A stretch of DNA of 64,000 nucleotides from an uncultured bacterium. GTDB lineage: Bacteria; Krumholzibacteriota; Krumholzibacteriia; JACNKJ01. The notes under the pieces were generated by a model that worked only from the letters and a program-made list of their open reading frames with translations, was not told where the DNA came from and did not search any database. The stretch's first letter is position 1; each line of letters starts with the position of its first letter. The DNA lies in NCBI GenBank assembly GCA_964410395.1, contig CAYPGS010000009.1, forward strand, positions 6,038 through 70,037, given 5' to 3'. This document shows, piece after piece, positions 47,440 to 64,000 of this stretch. The position numbers and the translations under genes are program-made.

Positions 47440-48630
47440 TTACTCGTTGATCTTCGTCACCACGCCGGCGCCCACCGTGCGGCCGCCTTCACGGATCGCG
47501 AACCGAAGGTTCTCCTCCATCGCGATCGGCGTGATCAGCTCAACGTCCAGCTTAACATTGTCACCGGGCATCACCATCTCCGTGCCCTCAGGCAGCGTCG
47601 CAACACCCGTCACGTCCGTCGTACGGAAGTAGAACTGGGGACGGTAGCCCTGGAAGAAGGGAGTATGACGGCCGCCCTCTTCCTTCGTCAGGATGTAGAC
47701 CTCGCCCTCGAACTTCGTGTGAGGCGTCACGCTGCCAGGCTTCGCCAGCACCATGCCGCGCTCCAGGTCGCTCTTCTCCACGCCGCGAAGCAGAAGGCCC
47801 ACGTTGTCGCCAGCCTGGGCATCGTCCAGAAGCTTGCGGAACATCTCAACACCGGTCACCGTCGTCTCGAGCGTGTCACGGATGCCGATCCGCTGGACCT
47901 TGTCGCCCACCTTCACCACGCCGCGCTCGATACGGCCCGTGCCCACCGTGCCGCGACCCGTGATCGAGAAGACGTCCTCGACCGGCATCAGGAAGGGCTT
48001 GTCCGTGTCCCGCTCAGGCTCCGGAATGTAGCTGTCGATCGCTTCCAGAAGCTCGTCGATGCTCTTGTTTGCCGCATCGTCCTCAGGGTTGTTCAGGGCC
48101 TGAAGCGCGCTGCCCCGGATGACCGGAATGTCGTCGCCCGGGAACTCGTACTCGCTCAGAAGCTCGCGAACCTCGAGCTCCACCAGGTCCAACAGCTCTT
48201 CGTCGTCAACCTGGTCCACCTTGTTCATGTAGACCACCATGTAGGGAACGTTCACCTGACGACCCAGCAGAACGTGCTCGCGGGTCTGGGGCATCGGGCC
48301 GTCGGCCGCGCTCACCACCAGAACCGCGCCATCCATCTGAGCCGCACCCGTGATCATGTTCTTCACGTAGTCGGCGTGACCCGGGCAGTCAACGTGAGCG
48401 TAGTGACGGTTCTCCGTCTGGTACTCCACGTGAGCCGTCGCGATGGTGATGCCGCGCTCGCGCTCCTCAGGAGCCTTGTCGATCTCGTCGAAGGGCGTGA
48501 ACTCGGCAAGGCCCTTGGCGCCCTGACGCTGAGTGATCGCCGCCGTCAGCGTCGTCTTCCCGTGGTCAACGTGACCGATCGTACCCACGTTTACGTGCGG
48601 CTTTGTCCTCTCAAACTTCTCTTTCGCCAT
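47440..48630 (-). CDS. tuf: elongation factor Tu (str-operon copy)
   Basis: 396 aa; [32 protein letters not shown]... Confidence 0.97.
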   Translation of the reverse strand: MAKEKFERTKPHVNVGTIGHVDHGKTTLTAAITQRQGAKGLAEFTPFDEIDKAPEERERGITIATAHVEYQTENRHYAHVDCPGHADYVKNMITGAAQMDGAVLVVSAADGPMPQTREHVLLGRQVNVPYMVVYMNKVDQVDDEELLDLVELEVRELLSEYEFPGDDIPVIRGSALQALNNPEDDAANKSIDELLEAIDSYIPEPERDTDKPFLMPVEDVFSITGRGTVGTGRIERGVVKVGDKVQRIGIRDTLETTVTGVEMFRKLLDDAQAGDNVGLLLRGVEKSDLERGMVLAKPGSVTPHTKFEGEVYILTKEEGGRHTPFFQGYRPQFYFRTTDVTGVATLPEGTEMVMPGDNVKLDVELITPIAMEENLRFAIREGGRTVGAGVVTKINE

Positions 48631-48660
48631 GGCGAATCGACCTCCTGTAGGGTCTCGGTT

Positions 48661-50733
48661 TTACTGGGCCGTCACAAAGCGGCTTGCGATACTCGATGGC
48701 ACTTGCTCGAAATGCGAGAACTGCATCGAAAAGGTGGCCCGCCCCTGCGTGAGCGAGCGCAATTTCGTCATGTACCCGAACATCTCCGAAAGAGGGACCG
48801 TCGCATCGACGATCTGGGCATCCGCCCTGGGGGCCATTCCCGCCACTTTCCCGCGGCGGGCGTTCAGGTCCCCGATGACCTCCCCGGTAAAATCTCCGGG
48901 CGTTACGACCTCCACGCTCATGACCGGCTCGAGAATCATCGGCTCGGCGCCCCTGGCGGCTTCGCGGAAGGCCAGGGCCCCCGCGGCGTGAAAGGCCTGT
49001 TCAGAGGAGTCGACCTCGTGGTGGATGCCTGCCAGGAGCTCCACCTTCAGGTCAGTCATCTCGTATCCGGCGATGACTCCGGAGGCCGTGGCCTCCCTGA
49101 CCCCTCTCTCCACGGCGGCGACGAAATCCTTGGGGAGATCGTCACCGTCCAGCCGGTTCTCGAACTGGATCCCGTCGCCGGTGGCGGCGGGTTCCACGGC
49201 CAGGGTCACTTGGGCGAACATTCCCTGGCTTCCGGCTGTGCGCTCGAAGCGCAATTCCTTCTCCGCACGTTTGGTCACCGACTCGCGGTAGACCACCTGC
49301 GGCTTTCCGACGTTCGCCCCCACGTTGAACTCCCGGAGCATTCGGTCCAGGAGGATCTCCAGGTGCAGTTCGCCCATCCCGGAGATCAGGGTCTGGCCCG
49401 TGTCCTTGTCGACGCGGACCTTGAAAGTCGGGTCTTCCTCGGCGAGGCGTCTGAGCGAGTCGTCGAGCTTCTCCTGATCGGCCTTGGTCTTAGGCTCGAT
49501 GGCGATGTCGATGACCGGCTCCGGAAACTCCATCCGCTCCAGCAGCATGGGCTTCTTGGGATCCGTGAGCGTGTCGCCCGTCCGGACTTCCTTGAGCCCC
49601 ACCACCGCGGCGATGTCTCCCGCCAGAACCTGCTCCACTTCCTCACGCTTGTTGGCGTGCATCCGGAGCAGCCGGCCCATCCTCTCCTTGCGTTCCGTGG
49701 CGACGTTCAGAACCTGCGCCCCGGATTTCAGCTGACCGCTGTAGACCCTGATGTAGGCCAGTTTCCCGGCGAACGGATCGTTGGCGATCTTGAAGAGGAG
49801 AGCCGCGAAAGGCTCGTCCACCGAGGCCTTCCGGCTCACCGTCTCCTCCCGGCCGGGCTTGATGCCCTCCACCGCCGGAAGGTCCAGAGGGCTGGGCAGG
49901 AACTTCACGATCCCGTCCAGCAGGGGCTGGATCCCCTTGTTTCCCAGAGCCGATCCGCAGAACACGGGGATGATCTCCACCGTCAGCGTTCCCTTTCGGA
50001 TGGCCCCCCGAAGCAGCTCGCCGTCGAGCTCGCCGCCCTCGAGGTAGGCCTCGGCCACTTCGTCGTCGAAGTCCGCCAGGGCCTCGATGAGCCGGGTGCG
50101 GGCCTCTTCGGCCTCGGCCTCCGACTCGGCGGGGATGTCGGCGATGCGATACTTGGCGCCGAGAACATCCTCGTCATAAAAGAGCGCTTTCATTTCCACG
50201 AGGTCGATGACCCCCCGGAAAGCGTCCTCGCTTCCGATGGGAAGCTGGACCGCGACGCCGTTGGCCCCAAGACGCTCCCGGATCGCTGTGAGCACGGCGT
50301 CGAAGTCGGCGCCTATCCGGTCCATCTTGTTGACGAAGGCCAGACGCGGGACCCGGTAGCGGTCGGCCTGCCTCCAGACCGTCTCGCTTTGAGGCTCCAC
50401 GCCGCCCACGGCGCAGAAGACGGCCACCATGCCGTCCAGGACCCGCAGGCTTCTCTCCACTTCCATCGTGAAATCGACGTGCCCGGGGGTGTCGATAATG
50501 TTCACACGATGGTCGAGCCAGTCGCAGCTCGTGGCGGCGGAGGTGATGGTGATCCCCCGCTCCTTCTCCTGCTCCATCCAGTCCATGGTCGCGGCCCCGT
50601 CGTGGACCTCTCCCATGCGATGGATGATTCCGGCGTAGTAAAGAATCCTCTCGGTGGTCGTCGTCTTACCGGCATCGATATGTGCAGCGATGCCGATGTT
50701 GCGTATTCGATCGATGGACTCTTTCTTCGCCAT
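48661..50733 (-). CDS. fusA: elongation factor G
   Basis: Start set at ATG complement 50731-50733 ([33 protein letters not shown]...); ORF-track start 50880 reads through the upstream hairpin and is rejected. Confidence 0.93.
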   Translation of the reverse strand: MAKKESIDRIRNIGIAAHIDAGKTTTTERILYYAGIIHRMGEVHDGAATMDWMEQEKERGITITSAATSCDWLDHRVNIIDTPGHVDFTMEVERSLRVLDGMVAVFCAVGGVEPQSETVWRQADRYRVPRLAFVNKMDRIGADFDAVLTAIRERLGANGVAVQLPIGSEDAFRGVIDLVEMKALFYDEDVLGAKYRIADIPAESEAEAEEARTRLIEALADFDDEVAEAYLEGGELDGELLRGAIRKGTLTVEIIPVFCGSALGNKGIQPLLDGIVKFLPSPLDLPAVEGIKPGREETVSRKASVDEPFAALLFKIANDPFAGKLAYIRVYSGQLKSGAQVLNVATERKERMGRLLRMHANKREEVEQVLAGDIAAVVGLKEVRTGDTLTDPKKPMLLERMEFPEPVIDIAIEPKTKADQEKLDDSLRRLAEEDPTFKVRVDKDTGQTLISGMGELHLEILLDRMLREFNVGANVGKPQVVYRESVTKRAEKELRFERTAGSQGMFAQVTLAVEPAATGDGIQFENRLDGDDLPKDFVAAVERGVREATASGVIAGYEMTDLKVELLAGIHHEVDSSEQAFHAAGALAFREAARGAEPMILEPVMSVEVVTPGDFTGEVIGDLNARRGKVAGMAPRADAQIVDATVPLSEMFGYMTKLRSLTQGRATFSMQFSHFEQVPSSIASRFVTAQ

Positions 50734-50739
50734 GGCCCT

Positions 50740-50804
50740 AAAAAAACCCCTCCTGAGACCCTTCGACTTGTACATAGTCCTGCAGTCAAGGGTCTCAGGA
50801 GGGG
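50740..50804 (-). promoter_or_regulatory. terminator-like RNA hairpin in rpsG-fusA spacer: perfect 15-bp stem (CCCCUCCUGAGACCC ... GGGUCUCAGGAGGGG), 28-nt loop, then U7, ending 6 nt before fusA AUG; the 3' arm contains AGGAGG
   Basis: Plus-strand arms 50747-50761 and 50790-50804 are exact reverse complements; A7 at 50740-50746 (U7 on the minus-strand transcript). Confidence 0.6.
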
Positions 50805-50920
50805 TTTCCCTTTCGGGACCTTTTCCTGCAGGTATCGTCCTCCGGCGGTTCGGCCCGTCGATACTTGGGGCCTCGTTCACCGCTGCCGGCGGCTATGTAA
50901 GGGTCTTCCTTTCCTAGAGA

Positions 50921-51391
<471 letters not shown>

Positions 51392-51409
51392 CGTTTTCCT
51401 CTGCTAGCC

Positions 51410-51794
51410 CTATTTCTTGGGCTTCTTGGTTCCGTACTTGGAGCGACGCTGTCCGCGTCCGTCCACTCCGCTGGTATCCAGGGCGCCGCGCACGATGTGG
51501 TACCGCACGCCGGGGAGGTCCTTCACTCGGCCTCCGCGCACCAGGACGATGGAGTGCTCCTGGAGATTGTGTCCCTCACCGGGAATGTAGGCCGTCACCT
51601 CGATGCCGTTGGTCAAGCGCACGCGCGCGACCTTTCGCAGCGCGGAATTGGGCTTCTTGGGCGTCGTCGTGTAGACCCGGGTGCAGACGCCCCGACGCTG
51701 CGGATTGCTCTGCAGGGCCGGCGACTTGCTCTTCTTCTTGATGACCTTGCGGCCATTCCGGATCAACTGATTCAGGGTCGGCAATCCAACTCTC
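51410..51794 (-). CDS. rpsL: 30S ribosomal protein S12 (likely TTG start)
   Basis: Conserved S12 begins ...[24 protein letters not shown]...; TTG at complement 51792-51794 with AAGGAG 6 nt upstream; ORF-track ATG 51877 adds a non-conserved 27-aa extension. Confidence 0.85.
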
Positions 51795-51897
51795 CTTGAG
51801 ACCGCGCACCCCGCCTTAGGGCTTTTTGCCCAGACGTAATGCCTTGCCGTGTAAGTAGTTAACGCAAGGTGGGCCAAGCAGGGCGCACAAAGAACCG

Positions 51898-51926
51898 AAA
51901 CTACTCGATAGGCCCTTGTTTGTCAA
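51898..51926 (-). promoter_or_regulatory. putative str-operon promoter TTGACA-17nt-TAGTTT on minus strand
   Basis: RC of 51921-51926 = TTGACA; RC of 51898-51903 = TAGTTT; located between rpoC terminator element and rpsL. Confidence 0.4.
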
Positions 51927-51942
51927 CCCGTTAGGGAATAAA

Positions 51943-52011
51943 AGCTACCAGCTTCCAGCTGCCAGCTACCGGCCAGAATCCGGCTGGGAGCTGGTTGCTG
52001 GCGGCTGGCCG
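51943..52011. repeat. CCAGCTN-heptamer inverted-repeat hairpin element, copy C (immediately 3' of rpoC stop)
   Basis: AGCTACC AGCTTCC AGCTGCC AGCTACC GGCC - AGAAT - CCGGCTGGGAGCTGGTTGCTGGCGGCTGGCCG. Confidence 0.85.
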
Positions 52012-56226
<4,215 letters not shown>

Positions 56227-56240
56227 GCTTTCCTCCTCGA

Positions 56241-60041
<3,801 letters not shown>

Positions 60042-60079
60042 AATGACCTCCGGCGGTCGCTTACGGTGAAGGCACGGAA

Positions 60080-60111
60080 CCCGTCCGGGCGGCAATGCCC
60101 CCCGGACGGGG
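60080..60111 (-). promoter_or_regulatory. GC-rich hairpin (10-bp stem CCCGUCCGGG/CCCGGACGGG) in rplL-rpoB spacer, candidate attenuator
   Basis: Inverted repeat read directly; weak U-tract; position analogous to the known rplL-rpoB attenuator of E. coli. Confidence 0.4.
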
Positions 60112-60144
60112 TCCTATCGACAAAAAAGAGGAATCGAGAGCTTC

Positions 60145-60525
60145 TTACTTGATTTCGACAAGCGCTCCCACTTCCTCGAGCTGGGTCTTGATACCCTCGG
60201 CCTCGTCCTTGGAGGCACCCTCCTTGACGGCCTTGGGCAGTCCATCGACCAGCTCTTTGGCTTCCTTCAGGCCCAAGCCGGTGATGGCGCGCACCACTTT
60301 GATGACCTGGATCTTCTTGTCGCCGGCGCCGTTGAGCATGACGTCGAACTCGGTCTTCTCTTCGGCGGCCGCTTCGCCACCGCCCGCGGGCATGGCGGCA
60401 ACGGCCATGGCGGGAGCGGCAGCGCTCACGCCGAACTTGTCTTCGATGGCCTTGACGAGCTCGGAGAGCTCCATGACGGTCAGTTCCTCAACCTGGGAAA
60501 CCAACTGTTCGATCTTCTCAGACAT
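60145..60525 (-). CDS. rplL: 50S ribosomal protein L7/L12
   Basis: [33 protein letters not shown]... Confidence 0.93.
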   Translation of the reverse strand: MSEKIEQLVSQVEELTVMELSELVKAIEDKFGVSAAAPAMAVAAMPAGGGEAAAEEKTEFDVMLNGAGDKKIQVIKVVRAITGLGLKEAKELVDGLPKAVKEGASKDEAEGIKTQLEEVGALVEIK

Positions 60526-60591
60526 GGTTTCTTGCTCCTCTATTCACCTGCGGTTTGAACCGCTCTGTTACCTGTTGAGCTGGCGGGCGGC

Positions 60592-61113
60592 CTAAGCGGC
60601 TTCGCCCTTCTGCTTCGCCAGCTGGTCGATGACGTTCGCGAATCCCTGGATGTTGGCGTTGAGCACGCGCGCAAAGCCGCTGATGGGAGCCTGCAGGGTC
60701 CCGGCGACCATTCCGAGCAGCTCTTCGCGACTGGGCATGTCGGCGAGGGCCTTGACGCCGTCCTCGTCGATGACCTGCCCATCCACGTAGCCCGCCTTCA
60801 TGGTGAGCTTCTGGAATTCCTTCTGGAAATCCTTCAGCACCTTGGCAGGCGTGGAATAGTCCTCGCTGTAGGCCAGCGCGGTGGGACCGACGAAGTGATC
60901 GTCGAGACCCTCCATGCCGACTTTCTCGGCGGCGCGCAGGAGCAGGGTGTTCTTGATGACCCGGAAGGTCACACCCGACTCGCGGCAGCGCTTGCGCAGC
61001 TCGGAGATCTCCTCGACGTTGATCCCCTTGAAGTCGCAAAGGACGACGCTGTTGGCGCTTTCCAGTTTTCCGGCGATTTCTTCGACCAGCGCGATCTTTT
61101 CAGGCTTTGGCAT
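60592..61113 (-). CDS. rplJ: 50S ribosomal protein L10
   Basis: ...KIALVEEIAGKLESANSVVLCDFKGINVEEISELRKRCRESGVTFRVIKNTL... Confidence 0.92.
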   Translation of the reverse strand: MPKPEKIALVEEIAGKLESANSVVLCDFKGINVEEISELRKRCRESGVTFRVIKNTLLLRAAEKVGMEGLDDHFVGPTALAYSEDYSTPAKVLKDFQKEFQKLTMKAGYVDGQVIDEDGVKALADMPSREELLGMVAGTLQAPISGFARVLNANIQGFANVIDQLAKQKGEAA

Positions 61114-61145
61114 GGTCTATCGCCCCTCTCTCTTGAAAACGGACT

Positions 61146-61844
61146 CTACTTGGCCGCGGTCAGTTCGGACTCTGCGATGCGAATGGAAGGACCCATGGTC
61201 GAGCTAAGGAAAGCCGACTTGAAGTACTTGCCTTTCGCGGAGGCCGGTTTGACGCGCAGCAGCTCCTGGATCAATGTTCGGATGTTGTCTTCCAGCTTCG
61301 ACGCTTCGAAGGATGCCTTGCCCACGGACACGTGGACGTTGGATCCCTTGTCAACGCGGTATTCAACCTTACCCGCCTTGACTTCCTGAACCGCCTTGCC
61401 GACGTCCTGAGTAACGGTTCCGCTCTTGGGGTTCGGCATCAGGCCCTTGGGGCCAAGCACCTTACCCAGGCGTCCGAGGTCCTTCATCATGTCGGGCGTC
61501 GTGATGATGACGTCCGTGTCGGCCCAACCGCCCTGGATCTTTTCGATGTACTCGTCGGCGCCGACCATGTCGGCTCCGGCTTCCTGGGCGGCCGTGGCGT
61601 TGTCGCCACGAACCAGGGCCAGCACCCGGACTGAGCGTCCGGTGCCATGAGGAAGGACCACCGTACCGCGCACCATCTGGTCCGCGTGACGGGGATCCAC
61701 GCCAAGCTTTGCGGAGACCTCTACCGTTTCGTCGAATTTCGCCTTGGACATGCTCCGAACAAGCTCCACCGCCTCACTGAGGGTGTAGGCGGACGTCCTG
61801 TCCCGGAGAGTGGCGCTTTCGCGGTAATTCTTCCCACGCTTCAT
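61146..61844 (-). CDS. rplA: 50S ribosomal protein L1
   Basis: [43 protein letters not shown]... Confidence 0.93.
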   Translation of the reverse strand: MKRGKNYRESATLRDRTSAYTLSEAVELVRSMSKAKFDETVEVSAKLGVDPRHADQMVRGTVVLPHGTGRSVRVLALVRGDNATAAQEAGADMVGADEYIEKIQGGWADTDVIITTPDMMKDLGRLGKVLGPKGLMPNPKSGTVTQDVGKAVQEVKAGKVEYRVDKGSNVHVSVGKASFEASKLEDNIRTLIQELLRVKPASAKGKYFKSAFLSSTMGPSIRIAESELTAAK

Positions 61845-61968
61845 CGTGATTCCTAACGATCAGCTTGGTCCGATACTCTTAGTTAACAGAGGGACAAAAC
61901 CGGTGGCTGAGAAGCGTGCTTCCCGCCCTCCAGCCGGGAAACCGTACCATCCGATTTTATATTGAAGG

Positions 61969-62403
61969 CTAGCCTTCAACCTCGATGCCCATGCTGCGAG
62001 CGGTGCCCGCGATCATGAGCATGGCGTTCTCTACGTTCGCCGCGTTGAGGTCCGGCGCCTTCAATTCCGCTATCTCGCGGAGCTGCGCGCTGGTCACCTT
62101 GCCAACCTTGTCGCGGTTGGGTTCACCCGAGCCCTTCTCGATGCCGGCGGCCTTGCGAAGCAGCACGGCGGCGGGAGGAGTCTTGGTGATGAAGGTGAAG
62201 CTGCGGTCCGCATACACGGTGATGACCACGGGCGTGATCATCCCCTGGGCGTTCTGCGTCTGGGCGTTGAAGGCCTTGCAGAACTCCATGATATTCACCT
62301 GATGCTGTCCCAGGGCGGGGCCCACGGGCGGGGCGGGATTAGCCTGTCCGCCGGGAATCTGCACCTTGATCTGAGCGATCACTTTCTTCTTGGGCTTGGC
62401 CAT
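61969..62403 (-). CDS. rplK: 50S ribosomal protein L11
   Basis: [41 protein letters not shown]... Confidence 0.93.
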   Translation of the reverse strand: MAKPKKKVIAQIKVQIPGGQANPAPPVGPALGQHQVNIMEFCKAFNAQTQNAQGMITPVVITVYADRSFTFITKTPPAAVLLRKAAGIEKGSGEPNRDKVGKVTSAQLREIAELKAPDLNAANVENAMLMIAGTARSMGIEVEG

Positions 62404-62433
62404 TCTAAATGCTCCCGTTCTTTCGTCCTGGGC

Positions 62434-63240
62434 CTAGAGGGGTTCAACCTGGAGGAAGTCCAGTTCCACAGGCGTCTCCCTGCCGAAGATGGTCACCATG
62501 ACTTTCAGAGTTCCTCGCTCCTGGTTGACCTCGTCGACGATGCCGTTGAAATCGCTGAAGGGCCCGTCCATGACCTTCACGTGGTCGCCCACGTGATAGG
62601 GAATCTCGGTGGGCTTGTGCTCCGCGGGCCTCTCGATGCGCCCCAGAACCCGATCCACTTCGGCCGGACGCAGGGGCACCGGACGGCGGGACGGTTCGCG
62701 CGGGTCCAGACCCACGAAGCTCGTCACGCCGCTGATTCCATTGACGAGGTGATAGGCCTCGTCGCACATCTCCATCTCGACCAGGATGTAGCTCGGGAAG
62801 TACTTCCGCGTGGCGGTCGTCTTCTTCCCCTTCTTCATCTCCGTCACCTCTTCGGTGGGGATGAGAACCTGGCCGACCTTGTCCTCCATGCCCTCCAGGG
62901 CCACCCGGCGAAGCAGGTTTGTGCGCACCTTGTTCTCGTGTCCCGAGTAGGTGTGCACGGCGTACCACTTCAGCTTCGGGTTGCGAGGCGCTTCGGGCTG
63001 CTCGGGCACGGCCGCGGGCAGTTCCTCTTCGACCTCGTCGGAATCCTCTTCCTCGTCAGCCTCCGCTTCGACCTCCGCCGCCTCGAGAGTCTCCTCCTCG
63101 GCGGTTTCGGTTTCGTCCTTCTCGGGCTCGACGACCTCTTCGACCTCGCCCCCTCCCGCGAAAGGATTCTCAACGGGAGCGGAAGCCTCGGGCGCGACGC
63201 CTTCGGCTTCGGAAGCTATGTCCTTCTCCCGCTCTTCCAT
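62434..63240 (-). CDS. nusG: transcription termination/antitermination factor NusG with ~85-aa acidic N-terminal extension
   Basis: NGN + KOW core (...KLKWYAVHTYSGHENKV... ...HVGDHVKVMDGPFSDFNGIVDEV...) preceded by E/D-rich low-complexity region. Confidence 0.92.
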   Translation of the reverse strand: MEEREKDIASEAEGVAPEASAPVENPFAGGGEVEEVVEPEKDETETAEEETLEAAEVEAEADEEEDSDEVEEELPAAVPEQPEAPRNPKLKWYAVHTYSGHENKVRTNLLRRVALEGMEDKVGQVLIPTEEVTEMKKGKKTTATRKYFPSYILVEMEMCDEAYHLVNGISGVTSFVGLDPREPSRRPVPLRPAEVDRVLGRIERPAEHKPTEIPYHVGDHVKVMDGPFSDFNGIVDEVNQERGTLKVMVTIFGRETPVELDFLQVEPL

Positions 63241-63276
63241 GATTCCTCCAGGAGGGTCAGTGGTGAGTGTTGAGGT

Positions 63277-63474
63277 TTAGGAACCCAGCAGACGGGTGAT
63301 ACCGTCGATGCCGAAGCCCATGACGCGGTCGATGAGAAAAATGAACACGGTCAAAAGAATGGAGCCGATGATGACCACACGCGTGGATTCCTTCAGCTCG
63401 TCCCGGGTCGGCCAGGTGACCTTGCCCATTTCGAGCCAGACCTCGCGAACGTAGTTCTGGAGTCTCGTGAACAT
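63277..63474 (-). CDS. secE: preprotein translocase subunit SecE
   Basis: MFTRLQNYVREVWLEMGKVTWPTRDELKESTRVVIIGSILLTVFIFLIDRVMGF...; ORF-track start 63621 reads through tRNA-Trp and is rejected. Confidence 0.88.
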   Translation of the reverse strand: MFTRLQNYVREVWLEMGKVTWPTRDELKESTRVVIIGSILLTVFIFLIDRVMGFGIDGITRLLGS

Positions 63475-63486
63475 CTCGGATCCTTT

Positions 63487-63554
63487 CCAGCTTCCAGCTC
63501 CCAGCTCCCAGCTTCCAGCTTTCTGGCTGGCCGCTGGCTGCTGGCTGCTGGTGG
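63487..63554. repeat. CCAGCTN-heptamer inverted-repeat hairpin element, copy D2 (five perfect tandem heptamers; between tRNA-Trp and secE)
   Basis: CCAGCTT CCAGCTC CCAGCTC CCAGCTT CCAGC - TTTCT - GGCTGGC CGCTGGC TGCTGGC TGCTGGT GG. Confidence 0.85.
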
Positions 63555-63563
63555 CTTCTTCGG

Positions 63564-63637
63564 CAGGCCAGGAGGGATTCGAACCCCCAACATCCGGTTT
63601 TGGAGACCGGCGCTCTACCAATTAGAGCTACTGGCCT
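63564..63637 (-). tRNA. trnW: tRNA-Trp (anticodon CCA)
   Basis: RC reads AGGCCAGTAGCTCTAATTGGTAGAGCGCCGGTCTCCAAAACCGGATGTTGGGGGTTCGAATCCCTCCTGGCCTG: 7-bp acceptor stem, anticodon loop CUCCAAA, T-arm GGTTCGAATCC. Confidence 0.85.
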
Positions 63638-63641
63638 ACTG

Positions 63642-63705
63642 AGCTACCAGCTTCCAGCTACCAGCAGCCAGCTTCTTGCTGGAGGCTGGCAGCTGGCCGC
63701 TGGCC
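63642..63705. repeat. CCAGCTN-heptamer inverted-repeat hairpin element, copy D1 (3' of rpmG; near-identical to copy B)
   Basis: AGCTACC AGCTTCC AGCTACC AGCAGCC AGC - TTCTT - GCTGGAGGCTGGCAGCTGGCCGCTGGCC. Confidence 0.85.
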
Positions 63706-63710
63706 ACTCT

Positions 63711-63860
63711 TTACCTTGCTTCCTTGAAAATCGTGTGCTGCCGGTCCCGGGGGCAGTACTTCTTCTGCTCGATCCGGTCCGGATGAAGCCGCTTGTTCTT
63801 CATAGTGGTGTACCAGTGCTTCTCGCACTTGGTGCAACGCAGCTTGACGATCTCGCGCAT
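63711..63860 (-). CDS. rpmG: 50S ribosomal protein L33
   Basis: Unlisted ORF translated by hand: MREIVKLRCTKCEKHWYTTMKNKRLHPDRIEQKKYCPRDRQHTIFKEAR (zinc ribbon CxxC...CxxxxH); AAGGAG SD. Confidence 0.85.
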   Translation of the reverse strand: MREIVKLRCTKCEKHWYTTMKNKRLHPDRIEQKKYCPRDRQHTIFKEAR

Positions 63861-63871
63861 GATGCGGCTCC

Positions 63872-64000
63872 TTATTCGTTGATCTTCGTCACCACGCCGG
63901 CGCCCACCGTGCGGCCGCCTTCACGGATCGCGAACCGAAGGTTCTCCTCCATCGCGATCGGCGTGATCAGCTCAACGTCCAGCTTAACATTGTCACCGGG
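63872..64000 (-). CDS. tuf: elongation factor Tu, second copy (C-terminal end only; continues past window)
   Basis: 63877-64000 is nucleotide-identical to 47445-47568 (3' end of the str-operon tuf); stop codon TAA at complement 63872-63874. Confidence 0.9.
   Translation of the reverse strand, partial: PGDNVKLDVELITPIAMEENLRFAIREGGRTVGAGVVTKINE

Noticed and set aside
61845-61968. Possible L1-binding autoregulatory leader between rplK and rplA
   Set aside because: The 124-nt spacer is plausible for an L1 leader. I could not identify the characteristic 23S-mimic motif by eye, so it is left uncalled.
63277-63621. ORF-track N-terminal extensions of secE (reading through tRNA-Trp), acd (13582), rpsL (51877), rpsD (34878), fusA (50880), map (37100) and rpoB (60095)
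   Set aside because: The extensions translate conserved RNA or repeat sequence or non-conserved low-complexity peptide. Conserved protein N-termini with SD motifs occur at the downstream starts used in the feature table.

Overview
High-GC bacterial chromosomal segment, with G+C judged by eye rather than computed. The right half (about 32.5-64 kb), all on the minus strand, is the conserved transcription/translation supercluster. In order it reads: tuf copy 2 (partial), rpmG, tRNA-Trp, secE, nusG, rplK-rplA-rplJ-rplL, rpoB-rpoC, rpsL-rpsG-fusA-tuf, then the S10, spc and alpha operons through rpoA-rplQ. rplC (L3) is conspicuously missing between rpsJ and rplD. The left half is accessory or metabolic. 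It holds a partial multiheme c-type cytochrome with at least 13 CxxCH motifs, next to a divergent TetR regulator. It also holds a split eukaryote-like saccharopine pathway pair (LKR and SDH) and a KpsC/KpsS-like gene bracketed by a GTACACGTGTACA palindrome. Two secreted proteins, an S8 subtilase and a PHP-like protein, carry T9SS-type C-terminal sorting domains. A fermentative module is encoded by PFOR (nifJ-type), an ADP-forming acetyl-CoA synthetase, and an unusual acetyl-CoA transferase-GNAT fusion. Other accessory genes are two tandem Cys-rich secreted paralogues of unknown function on a lower-GC islet, an MFS transporter, a second EF-G paralogue co-operonic with a small KaiC/RecA-like ATPase, and a ferritin plus HMA-fused permease pair. 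A clearly lower-GC island of about 3.8 kb encodes a secreted VWA protein plus a sensor kinase and OmpR-type regulator. The most striking non-genic signal is a family of at least five intergenic hairpin elements. Each is built from tandem CCAGCTN heptamers in inverted arms, and all sit at operon 3' ends or junctions in the same orientation relative to transcription. A second such signal is a perfect 15-bp-stem, U7 terminator-like hairpin directly upstream of fusA that sequesters an AGGAGG. No rRNA, CRISPR, transposase or integrase was recognised.
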